Assembly: GCF_006345805.1 (NCBI RefSeq)
Contig: NC_043002.1
Location: 5,270,001-5,334,000 of the forward strand
Reading direction: 5' to 3'
From: Octopus sinensis
Lineage: Eukaryota
DNA: 64,000 nt
The notes under the pieces were generated by a model, which had not been told where the DNA came from, made no database searches, and saw only the letters and a list, made by a program, of their open reading frames with translations. The translations under genes were made by a program, and so were the position numbers. Positions 1-13,246 of this stretch are shown piece after piece (the first letter of the stretch is position 1; the number at the start of each line of letters is the position of its first letter).

Positions 1-227
1 TATATACATACAACTAAAAAAAGTGAAAGGTAAAATATCTCAGGGACGCGATATGCAGGTTAAATACTGTGGAGCCAGTCTCACGCATGAAATTTAGGGA
101 GGTGGAAAACTTTAATGAACAAAAATTATCCATGGTAGTTGTAGAGAAACCATCTCTCTTTTTCCCACTTGCCCTTTCATTAACCTACCCTTCTCTCTCT
201 CTCGCTCTCTCTCTCTCCCCACACACA

Positions 228-785
228 CAGGTGCAGGTACTGTGATGTAAGAAGATTGCTTTCCACTCATATAGTTCTGAGTTCAGTTACACTGCATGGC
301 ACCTTTGGCGAGGGTTTTCTGCTATAGCTTCGGGCCGATTAAATCCTTGTGAGTGGATTTGGAAGACAGAAATTGAAAGAAGCCTATTGTATATAAATGT
401 ATAGTTGTGTATGTTTTTGTCCCCTCCACCGCTTGACAACCAGCGTTGGTGTGTTTACGTCCCTGAAAGTTAGCGGTTCGGCAAAAGAGACTGATAGAAT
501 AAGTACTAGGCTTTTAGAAAAAAATTAATCCTGGGTCCATTTCTTCGACTAAAAACCCTTGATTTGGCAGAGTTTCTATAGCTGGATGCCCTACCTAACA
601 CCAACCAATCCGAGAGTGTAGTGGGTGCTTTTTACATGCCACCGGCACGGGGCCAGTCAGGCGGTAAAGGCAACGACCTTGCTCGAATCTTTTTACACAT
701 GCCACCAGCACAGGTGCCAGTAAGATGCCCCAGCATGGTCACTGTTATATAACTGAAACAAGCAAAAAAGTGAAAGATAAAAGAA
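228..785 (+). mobile_element. OR1-like tRNA-derived SINE, diverged, interrupted by an RTE-type 3'UTR fragment (~562-720)
   Basis: Matches the window's OR1-like copies (ttgtgagtggatttgg..acggaaactgaaagaagcc; gcggttcggcaaaagagac; cccagcatgg..actgaaacaag). The insert carries gctggatgccctacctaacaccaacc, a motif I recognise from RTE-type tails. Confidence 0.7.
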
Positions 786-795
786 AGATATATAA

Positions 796-1147
796 GCACG
801 GGCGTGGCTGTGTGGTAGGAGGCTTCCAGGTTTAGCTCCACTCCGTGGCACCTTGGGCAAGTGTCTTCTGCTCTAGCCTCGGGCCGACCAAATCCTTGTG
901 AGTGGATTTGATAGACAGAAACTGAAAGAAGCCTGTCGTGTGTTACATATGTATATATTTGCGTGTATGTCCCGCCACCGATCTTGGTTTGTTTACATCC
1001 CCGTAACTTATCAGTTCGACAAAAGAGGCCGATAGGATGAGTACCAGAGTTACAAAGAATAAGTCCCGGTGTCGATTTCTTCGACCAAAAGGCGGTGCTC
1101 CGGCATGGCCACAGTCAAAATGGCTGAAGCAAGTAAAAGAATAAAAG
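796..1147 (+). mobile_element. OR1-like SINE
   Basis: Head gtggctgtgtggta, body ccttgggcaagtgtcttct..ccttgtgagtggattt, tail ggcggtgctccggcatggccacagtc..ctgaagcaagtaaaaga. Confidence 0.85.
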
Positions 1148-1462
1148 AATATATCCTGAGAAAATATAAAAGTACTAAGTATATACCTACTTGGTACCTC
1201 AAGTACCTCAGTATATACTTAGTACATACTTATTTAGTACCTCCAGTACCTCAGTACTATCCTCCATTTTCTCACTGTCTTACCTTTTCCGCCATTATCC
1301 TCTTCACCAAACCGCACCTTCTCTCTTTTTCTCTTCTTCCTGTATCGTTATCTGATTCACCTGTTTTTTATTTCCTTCTCCAATACTATTAATAATAATA
1401 TTCACCTTCTCATGTTTTCATAATTTCTTCCGTTCTGTTTACCCCTTCCCCCCACACGCAAC

Positions 1463-1666
1463 CACGGACGAATATACACATACATACATACATACATACA
1501 TACATACATACATACATACATACATACATACATACATGCATACATACGTATGTATGTACGTGCATAGATACACACAATCATATATATATAGTATATATAT
1601 ATACACATATATATACATATGTACATATATTTATATACATATTCGTATATGCATACAATCTTATGC

Positions 1667-1730
<64 letters not shown>

Positions 1731-1790
1731 ATGTATATATATATATATGTACTCACACGCACACACACATATTTATATATACATATATAC
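1463..1790. repeat. Compound microsatellite (TACA)n/(TA)n/(TG)n
   Basis: Directly visible. Confidence 0.95.
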
Positions 1791-1867
1791 CATCTTCTAC
1801 TATTTCAACCACACCCTAATTCTCTTCTCTTCCAGTAAAGACGACCAACCCCTTACACAAACATTCG

Positions 1868-2103
1868 CCACCACCACGACTACGACCACGACCACGACGA
1901 CGACCACGACCACGACCACGACGACGACGACCACCACCACCACCATTACTGTTACACAAATTAGTAACACCAGCAACGCGTTTACCAGAGCTATAACACT
2001 ATCTTTATCTATGATGCCACCGACGCTCTTCCCACTACAGATGAACATCATCACAAGTACCACCACCAGTAGCACCACCACCACCACCGCCACCACCACC
2101 ACT
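1868..2103. repeat. (ACC/ACG)n trinucleotide repeats
   Basis: Directly visible; source of the poly-Thr and poly-Val ORFs. Confidence 0.9.
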
Positions 2104-3229
2104 CTCTCCGATACAGTTGTTGCTCATTTTCCATCAGCCCTATAGTAAAAATGGTGTTTCTGTTATTGTTGCTGTCCAGCTCCTGATCACTTCTGATGAC
2201 CAATCCCATAATCAAAGAAGTTCCACTCACGACCATCTCGTCTTTATTTCAACATTGTGTATTAAGATCAGCATCATACTAATGTATTTCTTCATCTATT
2301 TTTTTCAAAGATTGCAAGTGTGTGCTTTGAGGTACTTCTGGCTGCTATTTCTAGTAGATCGAGTGACACTTAGAGACCCATTTTGTTGACGTGTGGTGTG
2401 GCTTGTGGTGAACATATAGGTTAAGGTACCGGAAGTATTGGTAGTTGTTTAGTGGTGGAGATGGTGAGTGAACAGGACTAGTCTGCGGAAGGCCATAGTT
2501 TTGCTGTTTTGATCCAGGCCAACTCTGATATTCTGATTAAGATATTCCTGCCTTGACCATCACTTTAGAGGTTCCTCTGAGTACATTATTTAATGTTTCA
2601 TGCCTTTATTGAAGACAGCAGAGGGCGATTCAAGGGATATTAGGTTGCTGTTTATAACAGGTTATACCTCCATGCAGGGTTTCCTACGTTGGCTGCCGAA
2701 TAATGTTGTTGATTTTTGCTGCTGACTATGCTGTTGCAATTAGCACCATGATCTACAATCACAGCGAAATATAAATCCATCCTCTAGAGAAACTCTAATT
2801 AAATACTGGTTATGTGTTTAAGACGTTTACTTCTCATATGGCGGTGTCTTCTGCCATAACCTTGGATTGACCCAAATCTTGTGAGCGAAACTGTATGGAA
2901 TCGCGTAGAGTGGACGATCTGTTCTTGGATGGTACATTTAATCCGTCATCCAGTTTTAACATAAGCACTTGATCCTTAGTTGTTTTAATAATCCCCACCC
3001 TAAGTTGCAAGCTTGCAGGTTAAATCGGATAAATCTGAAAGAATGTAACTCAGGTAATGAACAAGGATTGTAGAGAGAGTCTATATAACTGTATAACTTC
3101 GTTTCCTCAACAGAGGCTTCCGTTAACTTGGAAAACGTCTTCACACCTTGACGATGTATACCCTTATTATTTCTCTCTCAGGGTTAATTCCACTGTGGAC
3201 TACCGCAGTGAACTTACCTTCTCGACGTA

Positions 3230-3658
3230 ATCAGGCAGGAAGTTGGCTCAAAAAGCAAAAAGCAAGGCCATGTAGTGGGACATGGAGTTATGTACAGGGT
3301 GGTGTTCATGTAAAGAGTTCAGGCCACTTGTGATCAAGGAAGACTTTGAACCGACCGGTCGTCGGCATCTTCACTATCTCGTCCGGCAGCTTATTCCACG
3401 GATCCGCAACCCAGACGGAGAAAGCCCCTCTCCTTCGATTGAGATGAAATCGTCGCAGATAAAGCTTTTCAGAGTGACCCCGCAGCCTACGCTCTGGAGC
3501 AGGAGTGAAGAACAGCTCTTTCGAGAGGTTACACTTTCCGCTTATGATGTTGTGAGCAAGAATGAGATCACCACGGCGTCGTCGTTTTTCTAGAGAATAA
3601 AGGTCGAGCGTCTTCAGCCTTTCTTCATAAGACAAATGCTTGAGACCAAGAACCATGC
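3230..3658 (-). mobile_element. CR1-type LINE, 5'-truncated ORF2 C-terminus plus 3'UTR
   Basis: ORF 3306..3656: LKHLSYEERLKTLDLYSLEKRRRRGDLI...FSVWVADPWNKLP, the typical CR1 ORF2 end. Confidence 0.88.
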
Positions 3659-5472
3659 GGGAAGAAGAGGAGGGAAGTATTGTTTTAATGTTTTATCCAT
3701 TTCGTATTATTCCTCGCCGTTGTGTAATCCCAACCATCGTATCTTTCAGAAGTTGCTGAGAAAAGCGAGTCACACAACTTCTGGTTCAAGACAAAAGATG
3801 AATGAACTATGTAACACAGTGGGGAGCTTCTGTTCATTTAATATAATCAAACATTGTTAAAGCTCTTTAACTGAGAGTCACAGCATCTGATTTTGCGCTG
3901 TTGTGAAGGAGTTTTGTTGCTTACATTATTAGATGCCACGTGTCACTGTAAAAACGACCAAAATGTCTATGGAAGTTACTTTACGGCATGAGCACTTCCA
4001 CCACATGATTGCTTAAAGAAAGTATCTTTGAAACTATGGTACATAGTGTTCAGGCTGAGGACCGCACTGCGCACACAAGCGTGCAATGGTATCTGGGTAT
4101 ATTCAATATACCCTCTTCATTGTGAATTTTTCTACTTTTTATACCGGTTGATATTATTCTGACCCAACAAGTTATTATCAAAAGCGTTCCTGCTGTGGCC
4201 ATCCATACTGTGAAAGATATCCATAAGTGCATTATCTAACGCATTCTTCCCTTTTTAAGTTGTTAGGATGTTATTTGAGACAGATCTGGTGCTACTCCTG
4301 GCAGGTAGATAAACTTTGTAAAAGTACCCCTCCCCTCATGTGTTTCGGGGTATAACTGTAGATTCTGTCCATGAAGGGAGGAACAGTCAGAACATGATAA
4401 TTATTACTCTGCATTTATTGCTATGTGTGTGTGACCTAGTAGTGCCAAAATTAAGTGACCTCATTAAGGCAGTTGTTGTTTTGATGCGAATATGGTCTTT
4501 CTGATAGTCTGGATTAGAAAGCCAAATATTGTTCTTCCGAAGGTGTTGCAAATATGTCTGGGTGTTTGAAGTGATTAAACATACAGTAGCAGGGACTGAG
4601 CTTGGAGATTATTCTTTGCATGCCCAGATGAGCTTTCATTTTGGCTATTTTTATTTGTCTGTATTGTGTAGAACCTGTGGTAATGAGAATTGCACTGGTC
4701 TGTATTTTTTCTAGTCTATTGTGCAGAGAAATGTGGGTTCCTGACAAGGCTGGTGCTATTCATTATAGATTTAATATGTAGACTGGACACCAATCATATG
4801 AGTGCTTTAAGTGTATTTGTGTGTATGTTTTATGTATTTTGTGAATGTTGAATTGTAATTTTCAGTAATTATGTCTTGTGTGTGGTCGTTTGTTAATTTG
4901 ATAAGAAGGGGAGGTCAGATTTGGAAGGTACGTCTTTCGGCCTATTTGTTTGAAGTTTAAGTCTCTAGGCGGTTCATGTCGAATTATAGTAAGAACGTAA
5001 GAGGAATTAACTGTGGTGCCATCTATGTACGATTTTGCGCGTATGTGTTTTAGAGAAGAGAGGAAGCCATTTGAGATATAGGTTAAAAAGCGAGAACAGA
5101 TAATTGTCGCACACAATCAGCAAATTGCAGATTTTAGATATCTTATTATTGAGTATTACATTCGCTTGACGACCTGAAAGATCGTTCTTTAGGCAGTGTG
5201 TTGTTTTTAAGAGCTAGTTTTGCATTTTTATTGCAAATGGATAGATAGTAATGAATGGTTTCAAATGCTTTGCTAATGTCATTTGGTTGTCAGAATGATA
5301 AGTGCAGAACTTTTTGAAGTGTTAAAGACCTCATCTATTATTTATCTTTTATCTTTTATCTTCTACTTGTTTCAGTCATTTGACTACAGTCTTGCTGAGG
5401 CAAGCAAATTCACGGGTAAAATATGTATTTAAAAAATCAATAAATAAATAAATTCATGGATAGATGTTGTTT

Positions 5473-6152
5473 TCACAGCGATAATGCTCTTTTCAGTACA
5501 TGAACCGGTCCAGTTAACACGATTTGTTGCACTTCCTGTAGGAATGGTAAGCCTGGTATCATTTTCAAATAGGTTTCAGCACCTTTTTTTTTTATCATTC
5601 CTAGAGATCCTACAATCACTGGTACTGTAGTCGCCTTGAGATGCCACATTTTTTTCAATTTCTATTAGCAGGTCTTTATATTTACTAATCTTGTCAAATT
5701 CTTTTGCCGCTATATTGTGATCGCAAGGGATACTCATGTCAATTAATAAACACATCTTTTTTGTCTGATGTTTTATGATATATCCGGTTTATTAGCTTTT
5801 ATAGTTTTGTCGGTCTGCACAGGGAAGTCCCATAGAATCGACACATTTTCTCCCTCAGTCACAGCTTCAGGATGATGTTTATACCATTTGTCAGCGGTTT
5901 TGATTCTATAATGCCGACATATTGTCCAATGTAAATACTGGCCGACTCTGTCATGTCTTGCTTTATATTCTGCAGGTGCTAAGACTCTACATCCTGAGAT
6001 TAGGTGGTCTATTGTTTCAATCTCATCGTTACAGAATCGGCATTTTGGGTCAGCTCCATTGTTTATCACATTGGCTTGGTAGTTCAGGGTTAATAAGCAT
6101 TGGTCTTGAGAAGCTAATATGAAACCTTCACTCTCCGCTTTTAGCCCTGAGC
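5473..6152 (-). mobile_element. R4/Dong-clade non-LTR retrotransposon fragment (CCHC knuckle and restriction-like endonuclease)
   Basis: GLKAESEGFILASQDQ...KCRFC..ETIDHLISGC...RHDRVGQYLHW...ILWDFPVQTDKTIKANKPDI, then KMWHLKATTVPVIVGSLG; frameshifted; abuts (TAA)n. Confidence 0.9.

Positions 6153-6781
<629 letters not shown>

Positions 6782-6855
<74 letters not shown>
6782..6855. repeat. (ATT)n array
   Basis: Directly visible. Confidence 0.97.
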
Positions 6856-6857
<2 letters not shown>

Positions 6858-7222
6858 TATGTTTGACTTTTGCTTTATATTTGTACAAGTTGGCTCCAAG
6901 TCTCACCCAGAGACCTCAAGAGACAACAGGTTGGAAGTTCATGTTGTTGTTATGCCTAGTGTGCCATATATTTGGGTTCTTTTTGGTGTTGTACTAGTGA
7001 ATGTCTAAAAAAAAAAACCGAAAATTATGTTTGTTTTAAAACTTGAGATTACATAGAAAGTATTTTGCGTAGGATATGGGCAGTTCCCATGAGCACTATC
7101 TTTTGAATTTCTGCCATTTTGGGGTTTCCTGGTATCTGAGTTAGGTAGCAATCAGCCCCTTTTGCTATCATTCCCAGGGCACCTATGACAATAGGTATTG
7201 TTTTAGTCTTCAGCTTCCACAT
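6856..7222 (-). mobile_element. R4/Dong-clade 3' end with 3'UTR and (TAA)n tail
   Basis: MWKLKTKTIPIVIGALGMI...EIQKIVLMGTAHILRKILSM*, then UTR running into a TAA array; TAA array also on the 5' side. Confidence 0.85.
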
Positions 7223-7602
7223 TATTATTGTTATTATTATTATTATTATTATTATATCGATGTAAAAACCCATTCAACCATGACCACTCATGTCGCTTTG
7301 CATATCCCGTACAACGAATGTCCAATCAATGTAACCTTTTCGTCTTTCCTAAGAAGATAGGACGTAAATTTGAGGAAGAGTTGGTTGCCATCTCCAGCAG
7401 ATCAGGTGATCGAGAAAAGGTGCCTTCGTTGATTCATTTCGAAAAGTCTTCCAGCCATGCAGCAACAGTAGCAGCAGCAGCAGTGGCAGCAGTAGTAGCA
7501 GCAGCAGCAGTAGCAGTAGTAGCAGCAGTGGTAGTTAGTGTCATCCAGCACGGGTAAGCTCTGATTCTGCATATTAAGATCAAAGGTATTTTAGCCATAG
7601 AC

Positions 7603-7830
7603 GGCGAGCTGGCAGAAACGTTAGCACGCCGGGCAAAATACATAGCCGTATTTCGTCTGCCGTTACGTTCTGAGTTCAAATTCCGCCGAGGTCGACTTTG
7701 CCTTTCATCCTTTCGGGGTCGATTAAATAAGTACCAGTTACTCACTGGGGTCGATGTAATCGACTTAATCCGTTTGTCTGCCCTTGTTTGCCCTCGCTGT
7801 GTTTAGTCCCTTGTGGGTAGTAAAGAAATA
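7603..7830 (+). mobile_element. OR2-like CORE-SINE
   Basis: ggcgagctggcagaaacgttagc head; CORE-like gccgaggtcgactttgcctttcatcctttcggggtcga; tail gtgggtagtaaagaaata. Confidence 0.9.
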
Positions 7831-8385
7831 GATATTTTAGCCCTAGCCATCCCGCCTTCTATGTTTTGGATTACATGATTCAATGTGTTCTTTTAAAAAT
7901 AGTATGGTGTATAACTGGGGATGATATTGATATTATTTCTAGCAGAGGCTGCTACAATGGCAAGATTAAGAAAGGCACCGAAAGATACATGCAAATACTC
8001 ATGTAACGGTGCAAACCGTTCTCCTACTTTAAAATAAAAATGTCGAATTTACGATTTACCATTTAGAATACGTATTTTAATTATGGAGCCACAAATAAAC
8101 ACATACGCACACACAAACAAGCACATACATGGCGTGTCTAATCTATGTATGCAAAAAAAGAAAGAAGAAGACTATCGGGCACATACGTGTATAAACAGAC
8201 TCAAGTCTCCGGACAATGAAGCAGTAATGATAGTTTAGGCGGATAAAATTACTAGTCTAACACACGATATGAATAGATTGTGAAGAATATCAGACTAATT
8301 TACAGAGTTGCTTTCTACATATATCTTCCTTTCTTTCTGGGTTTCTTTCCTTTTTTCCTCCTTCCTTATTTTTCTCTCCCACTAT

Positions 8386-8420
8386 ATTATGTATGTATGT
8401 ATGTATGTATGTATGTATGA

Positions 8421-8482
<62 letters not shown>

Positions 8483-8503
8483 TATATATATGTATGTATA
8501 TAC

Positions 8504-8535
<32 letters not shown>

Positions 8536-8565
8536 TTTTATATATATTTGTATTTATGTATAGAT

Positions 8566-8625
<60 letters not shown>

Positions 8626-8640
8626 ATCTATGTACAGATA
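8386..8640. repeat. (TATG)n/(TA)n microsatellite
   Basis: Directly visible. Confidence 0.95.
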
Positions 8641-9110
8641 CAAATATGTACACTTAAACATACACACGCTCGTATTTACATACACATGCGCGTAAGTACT
8701 TAGATACTTACATTCGTGCATTCATAAGTCTAGGATTGATTTCTTTTCTTGGCAATCTTATCGATATTGTCTAGCTTTCGGGATGTGTATCCATGCATAA
8801 CCAACTTTTGGGATACTAAACTAGATACTTGAAGAAATCTGCAACGTGAACATCAAGACAAGAAGGATGCTAGCCACCACTGCTGACTTCCTCATTAGCA
8901 ATCACTCTAACAGGACTTATGTTAAATGAAGGAATGGAGACAGAAGTATATAGTTAGTCCGAACGGATTTTGAGTGCTGCATCGTATCACTCCGACAGTA
9001 CCCACTGAACAGTAAAAAGTGATACGAATACTTCATGTCTATACACAACAGTGAAAGAAACAGCATCATAAGATTAAATGAAGAACTGAATAAATACTCT
9101 GAGTATATAC

Positions 9111-9283
9111 TACTCATAGGCGCAGGAGTGGCTATGTGGTAAGTAGCTTGCTAACCAACCACATGGTACCGGGTTCAGTCCCACTGCGTGGCATCTTGGG
9201 CAAGTGTCTTCTGCTATAGCCCCGGGCCGACCAATGCCTTGTGAGTGGATTTGGTAGACGGAAACTGAAAGAAGCCTGTCGTA

Positions 9284-9326
<43 letters not shown>

Positions 9327-9574
9327 ATATATATATATATATTATATATATATATATAAGTGTGTGTGTATGTGTTTGTGTGTCTATGTTTGTCCCCCTA
9401 GCATTGCTTGACAACCGATGCTGGTGTGTTTACGTCAAAAAAGAGACCGATAGAATAAGTACTGGGCTTACAAAGAATAAGTCCCGGGGTCGATTTGCTC
9501 AACTAAAGGCGGTGCTCCAGCATGGCGGCAGTCAAATGACTGAAACAAGTAAAAGAGTAAAAGGGTAAAAGAGT
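9111..9574 (+). mobile_element. OR1-like SINE, full length, with internal (TA)n
   Basis: tactcataggcgcaggagtggctatgtgg head to (gagtaaaa)n tail; flanked by a 61-bp direct duplication. Confidence 0.92.
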
Positions 9575-10033
9575 AACAGTGACAGAAACAGCATCAAAAG
9601 ATTAAATGAAGAACTGAATAAATACTCTGAGTATACAACCGTTCCATATGAACCAATCGTAGCTGGACTGTTTTACATAAACTAGGACTTCGGGAAGAAA
9701 TACCAGTCATACCAGAAGACAGTTGCGCATGGGTACATTGAAGGGACTTCTTGGATGTATGATAGACATATCACATCTCACCAGGAAAGCTACGCTTCGC
9801 TATACAGGAAGAGGAGACACGTAATGAATACTTGGTCAGTAAGGGAGATAAGTATACCACTAAGCTTCCACGATGTCATAGAAAATGTTGATTGTGTTGT
9901 AAACAGTATGGGGGATATCAACCACATCATCAGCAACTGTCCAAACATGTCTGCATTGAAACATGGCATTGTTGCTAAAACCATTTACCATGCTATACGC
10001 AAGAAGTATTGTCCCGATGGTTATAGCAGAAGC

Positions 10034-10468
10034 TATTAAGGCGGCGAACTGGCAGAAACGTTAGCACGCCGGGCGAAATGCGTAGCCGTATTTCGTCTGC
10101 TGTTACGTTCTGGGTTCAAATTCCACCGAGGTCGACTTTGCTATTCATCCTTTCGGGGTCGATTAAAGAAGTACTAGTTACGCACTGGGGTCGATGTAAT
10201 TGACTTAATCCGTTTGTCTGTCCTTGTTTGTCCTCTCTGTGTTTAGCCCCTTGTGGGTAGTAAAGAAATAGGTATTTCGTCTGCCGCTACGTTCTGAGTT
10301 CAAATTCTGCCGAGGTCGACTTTGCCTTTCATCCTTTCGGGGTCGATAAATTAAGTACCAGTTATGCACTGGGGTCGATGTAATCGACTTAATCCGTTTG
10401 TCTGCCGTTGTTTGTCTGTCGTTGTTTGTCCTCTCTGTGTTTAGCCCCTTGTGGGTAGTAAAGAAATA
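10034..10468 (+). mobile_element. Dimeric OR2-like CORE-SINE
   Basis: Full unit plus head-truncated unit; 15-bp TSD ggttatagcagaagc at 10019-10033 and 10469-10483. Confidence 0.9.
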
Positions 10469-10937
10469 GGTTATAGCAGAAGCACACCAAGACCAGAATG
10501 TATTAAAAATCAAGTATACTGATGGAACATTCCAATGAAGACAGTAACCTTGTACTAACTCAGTAAGTCCAATATTGTTCCATGAGATGGGGAACAAAAG
10601 TCACGCACTATTATGTAGCTTAGCAAATGGGAATGTCTCGTCTAAAATTGGGGATAAGAAGAATCTTTATGAACTAATAGTAAAACTTACAGGCTATTGT
10701 TATTCATTTGTAATTGTTATCATAGGTGCATCAAGCCACGTAACTACAGGCTTGCATAAAAGCCTAGAAGTGTTAGTGATCTCCAAGAAAGAGCAAAACG
10801 AAATTATTTACATCTTCCAAATACAAACAGTAATACAGTGAAAAATTCGTAAAATCTTTCAGGGAATCTCCGATTGAGTATCCTTCAATGAAAGTAAGGA
10901 AATAATCGCATGTGCTTATGGCATCAGCCTTATGACA

Positions 10938-11370
10938 TCAGACTCGCTACCGAATTCAGATTGGTGAATGCAATCGTCTTCCCAATAGCAACATATGGAT
11001 GCGAGACCTGGACACTAAAGAAAGCTGACCAGAAGAGAATTAATGCATTCGAGCTTTGGTGTTGGAGAAAACTTTTAAGGATTCCATGGACAGCGAGGCT
11101 CACCAATGGAGAAGTTCTTAACCAGATCAAGCCGAAACTGTCGCTAGAAGCTAGGATCACCAAGTATAGATTGACATATTTTGGTCATATTATGCGGAGA
11201 AAATCCCTGGAGAAGGACATCATGCTCGGAATGGTCAGTGGCAAGAGAGGAAGAGGCAGATCAAGAACCCGCTGGCTTGACACCATCAAGAATGACACGG
11301 GAATGGCCATAGCCAATCTGAAAGAAGCGACCCAGAATAGAACTGACTGGAGGACACTGATCCATCGAGG
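10938..11370 (+). mobile_element. RTE-clade (BovB-like) LINE, RT C-terminal fragment
   Basis: LVNAIVFPIATYGCETWTLKKADQKRINAFELWCWRKLLRIPWTAR..N..VL...YFGHIMRR..LEKDIMLG...GKRGRGR.RTRWLD. Confidence 0.92.
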
Positions 11371-11496
11371 ACACTGATCCAACACTGGTTGTCAAGCGGT
11401 GGTGGGAAACAAACACAGACACAAAGACACATACATATAATACACACACATACACACACACACACGCACACGCACTCATACGTACACACACACACA

Positions 11497-11919
11497 ATTG
11501 AAGAAATTGGAGTCACGAAGAAGTACGTTTGGACATTTCTTCATTATTTACTACAATTGTTTCGACACAAAGTAGTTCTCCAAGAATACAGGTATTTGAT
11601 TATGCAACTGTTTGTTTGCATAATGAGATCTAGTTGTGTTTCCTCCTCGCGGCACGCACCATGTGCATCCAAGCAGCTAATAAATTCAAACCTTGACAAA
11701 CAGAGAAGATGGCCTCATATTCGAAGATTTTAAACTAAGGGAGACAATACTCGTATATATCGCCTGAGGAAACACAACTAGATCTCATTACGCAAACAAA
11801 AAGTTGCATAATCAAATACCTGTATTCTTGGAGAACTACGTTGTGCCGAAACAATTGTAGCGAATAATAAACAAAAGTCCAACCTTACTCCCTCTTCTTG
11901 ACTCCAATTTCTTCAGTTT
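11497..11919. mobile_element. Older fold-back, probably a PLE terminus (~150-bp diverged inverted arms, ~120-bp spacer)
   Basis: Arms ~11497-11644 and ~11765-11919 are reverse complements; each carries a degenerate HHR-like gaaacaattgta. Confidence 0.65.
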
Positions 11920-12053
11920 TATATTCACACACGACGAATGCCTAAATTTAAACTTGGAAGTATATAATAATACTACCTAAAGTACTGGGTAATTCGAAAG
12001 GTGGACGAGCTTTACACTGTACCCTACAACATTTCTAACGGAATATAACATAA

Positions 12054-12092
<39 letters not shown>

Positions 12093-12095
<3 letters not shown>

Positions 12096-12415
12096 CGAAA
12101 AGAGTGAAAAACTACAGAAGGCTTGTGTTATAAGATTAAAGAATGTATTTAAGTCGTTATGTTAGAAAAATTTTATAAAATTTTGTGTATAGTAACATAG
12201 TTTTGGGAGAAATAACCGGTTACGTATATACTTTTCAAATTTACCGGTTATTTCTCCTAAAACTGTTACTATACACAAAATTTTATGACATTTTTCTAAC
12301 ATAACGACTTAAATACATTCTTTAACCTTACAACACAAGCCTTCTGTAGTTTTTTCACTCTTTTCTATTTTATATACATCCAACCACGTGCTTTCACACA
12401 CCAACTTTCTCACCT
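12093..12415. mobile_element. Fold-back element (~115-bp inverted arms, ~22-nt loop) between (TA)n arrays
   Basis: aaaagagtgaaaaactacagaaggcttgtg...aataaccggt versus accggttatt...cacaagccttctgtagttttttcactctttt; right end ctttctcacctata(TA)n. Confidence 0.85.
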
Positions 12416-12426
12416 ATATATATATA

Positions 12427-12491
<65 letters not shown>

Positions 12492-12777
12492 TAACAATAT
12501 AGGGTGAAATTAATTAATTTGGAATAATTATTAATTACACCAAGTAGATTCGGCATGTAAAAGCCTCATTCGAGGAAAATTTAAGTAATACTAAGCAATT
12601 AAGGGTTTAGCAACGAATTGCCTCACCACACACCGAATTTAGAAATAGCAGTCAATGAGTTATAGCTATTCTTTCTACTAAAAGGGAGATCTCAGTAAAA
12701 ACACAGCACTTGAAAGGCAAACACAGACAGGTAAGAGAGAATGAAATGACGGCAATCTATCATACAATTTTAAGTCA

Positions 12778-12868
12778 CCTACGGACGTACGTTTCGAAAT
12801 TAAGTTTTAGGAAAGCATAAGAATTAGATAATTATATCTTACCCAACTTCTTTTCTCATCAGCGTAGG
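12778..12868 (-). ncRNA. Type I hammerhead ribozyme, canonical core
   Basis: Reverse complement of 13247-13337: cctacg CUGAUGA G..C GAAA CGUACG UC cgtagg. Confidence 0.85.
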
Positions 12869-13246
12869 ACACTACAATTATGAATAATTGTATATTAAAT
12901 TTCGAGATACTAGACGGCATCATCTCAACTCAGTATCAGAGCGAGCTAAAGCCGTTACCAGTACCACCAAATTCAAAGTGTGAATGAAAGTTTGTGTCAC
13001 CAGCCCCTTCCCACCCGCGTGTAGCCAAGACAAGATGCTGTGGTCATTTACTGGGATGAAATATGGTTATCAGTAACAATATAGGGTGAAATTAATTAAT
13101 TTGGAATAATTATTAATTACACCAAGTAGATTTCGGCATGTAAAAGCCTCATTCGAGGAAAATTTAAGTAATACTAAGCAATTAAGGGTTTAGCAACGAA
13201 TTAAGTTTTAGGAAATTTAATATACAATTATTCATAATTGTAGTGT

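Larger units (their letters stand above)
8770..10900 (+). mobile_element. Decayed R4/Dong-clade LINE interrupted by two SINE insertions
   Basis: Broken motifs NIKTRRML..H.N.R.YV (~8850), INHIISNCPNM..HGIVAKTIYHAIRK (~9920), VIVIIGA...LHKSLE.L (~10690); flanks rejoin across SINE target duplications. Confidence 0.65.

Noticed and set aside
1402-2145. ORFs rich in IY/MYVC/HT/poly-T, including the 160-aa Thr-rich ORF (mucin-like appearance)
   Set aside because: They are translations of (TA)n, (TATG)n, (CA)n and (ACC)n microsatellites. The same applies to similar ORFs throughout the window.
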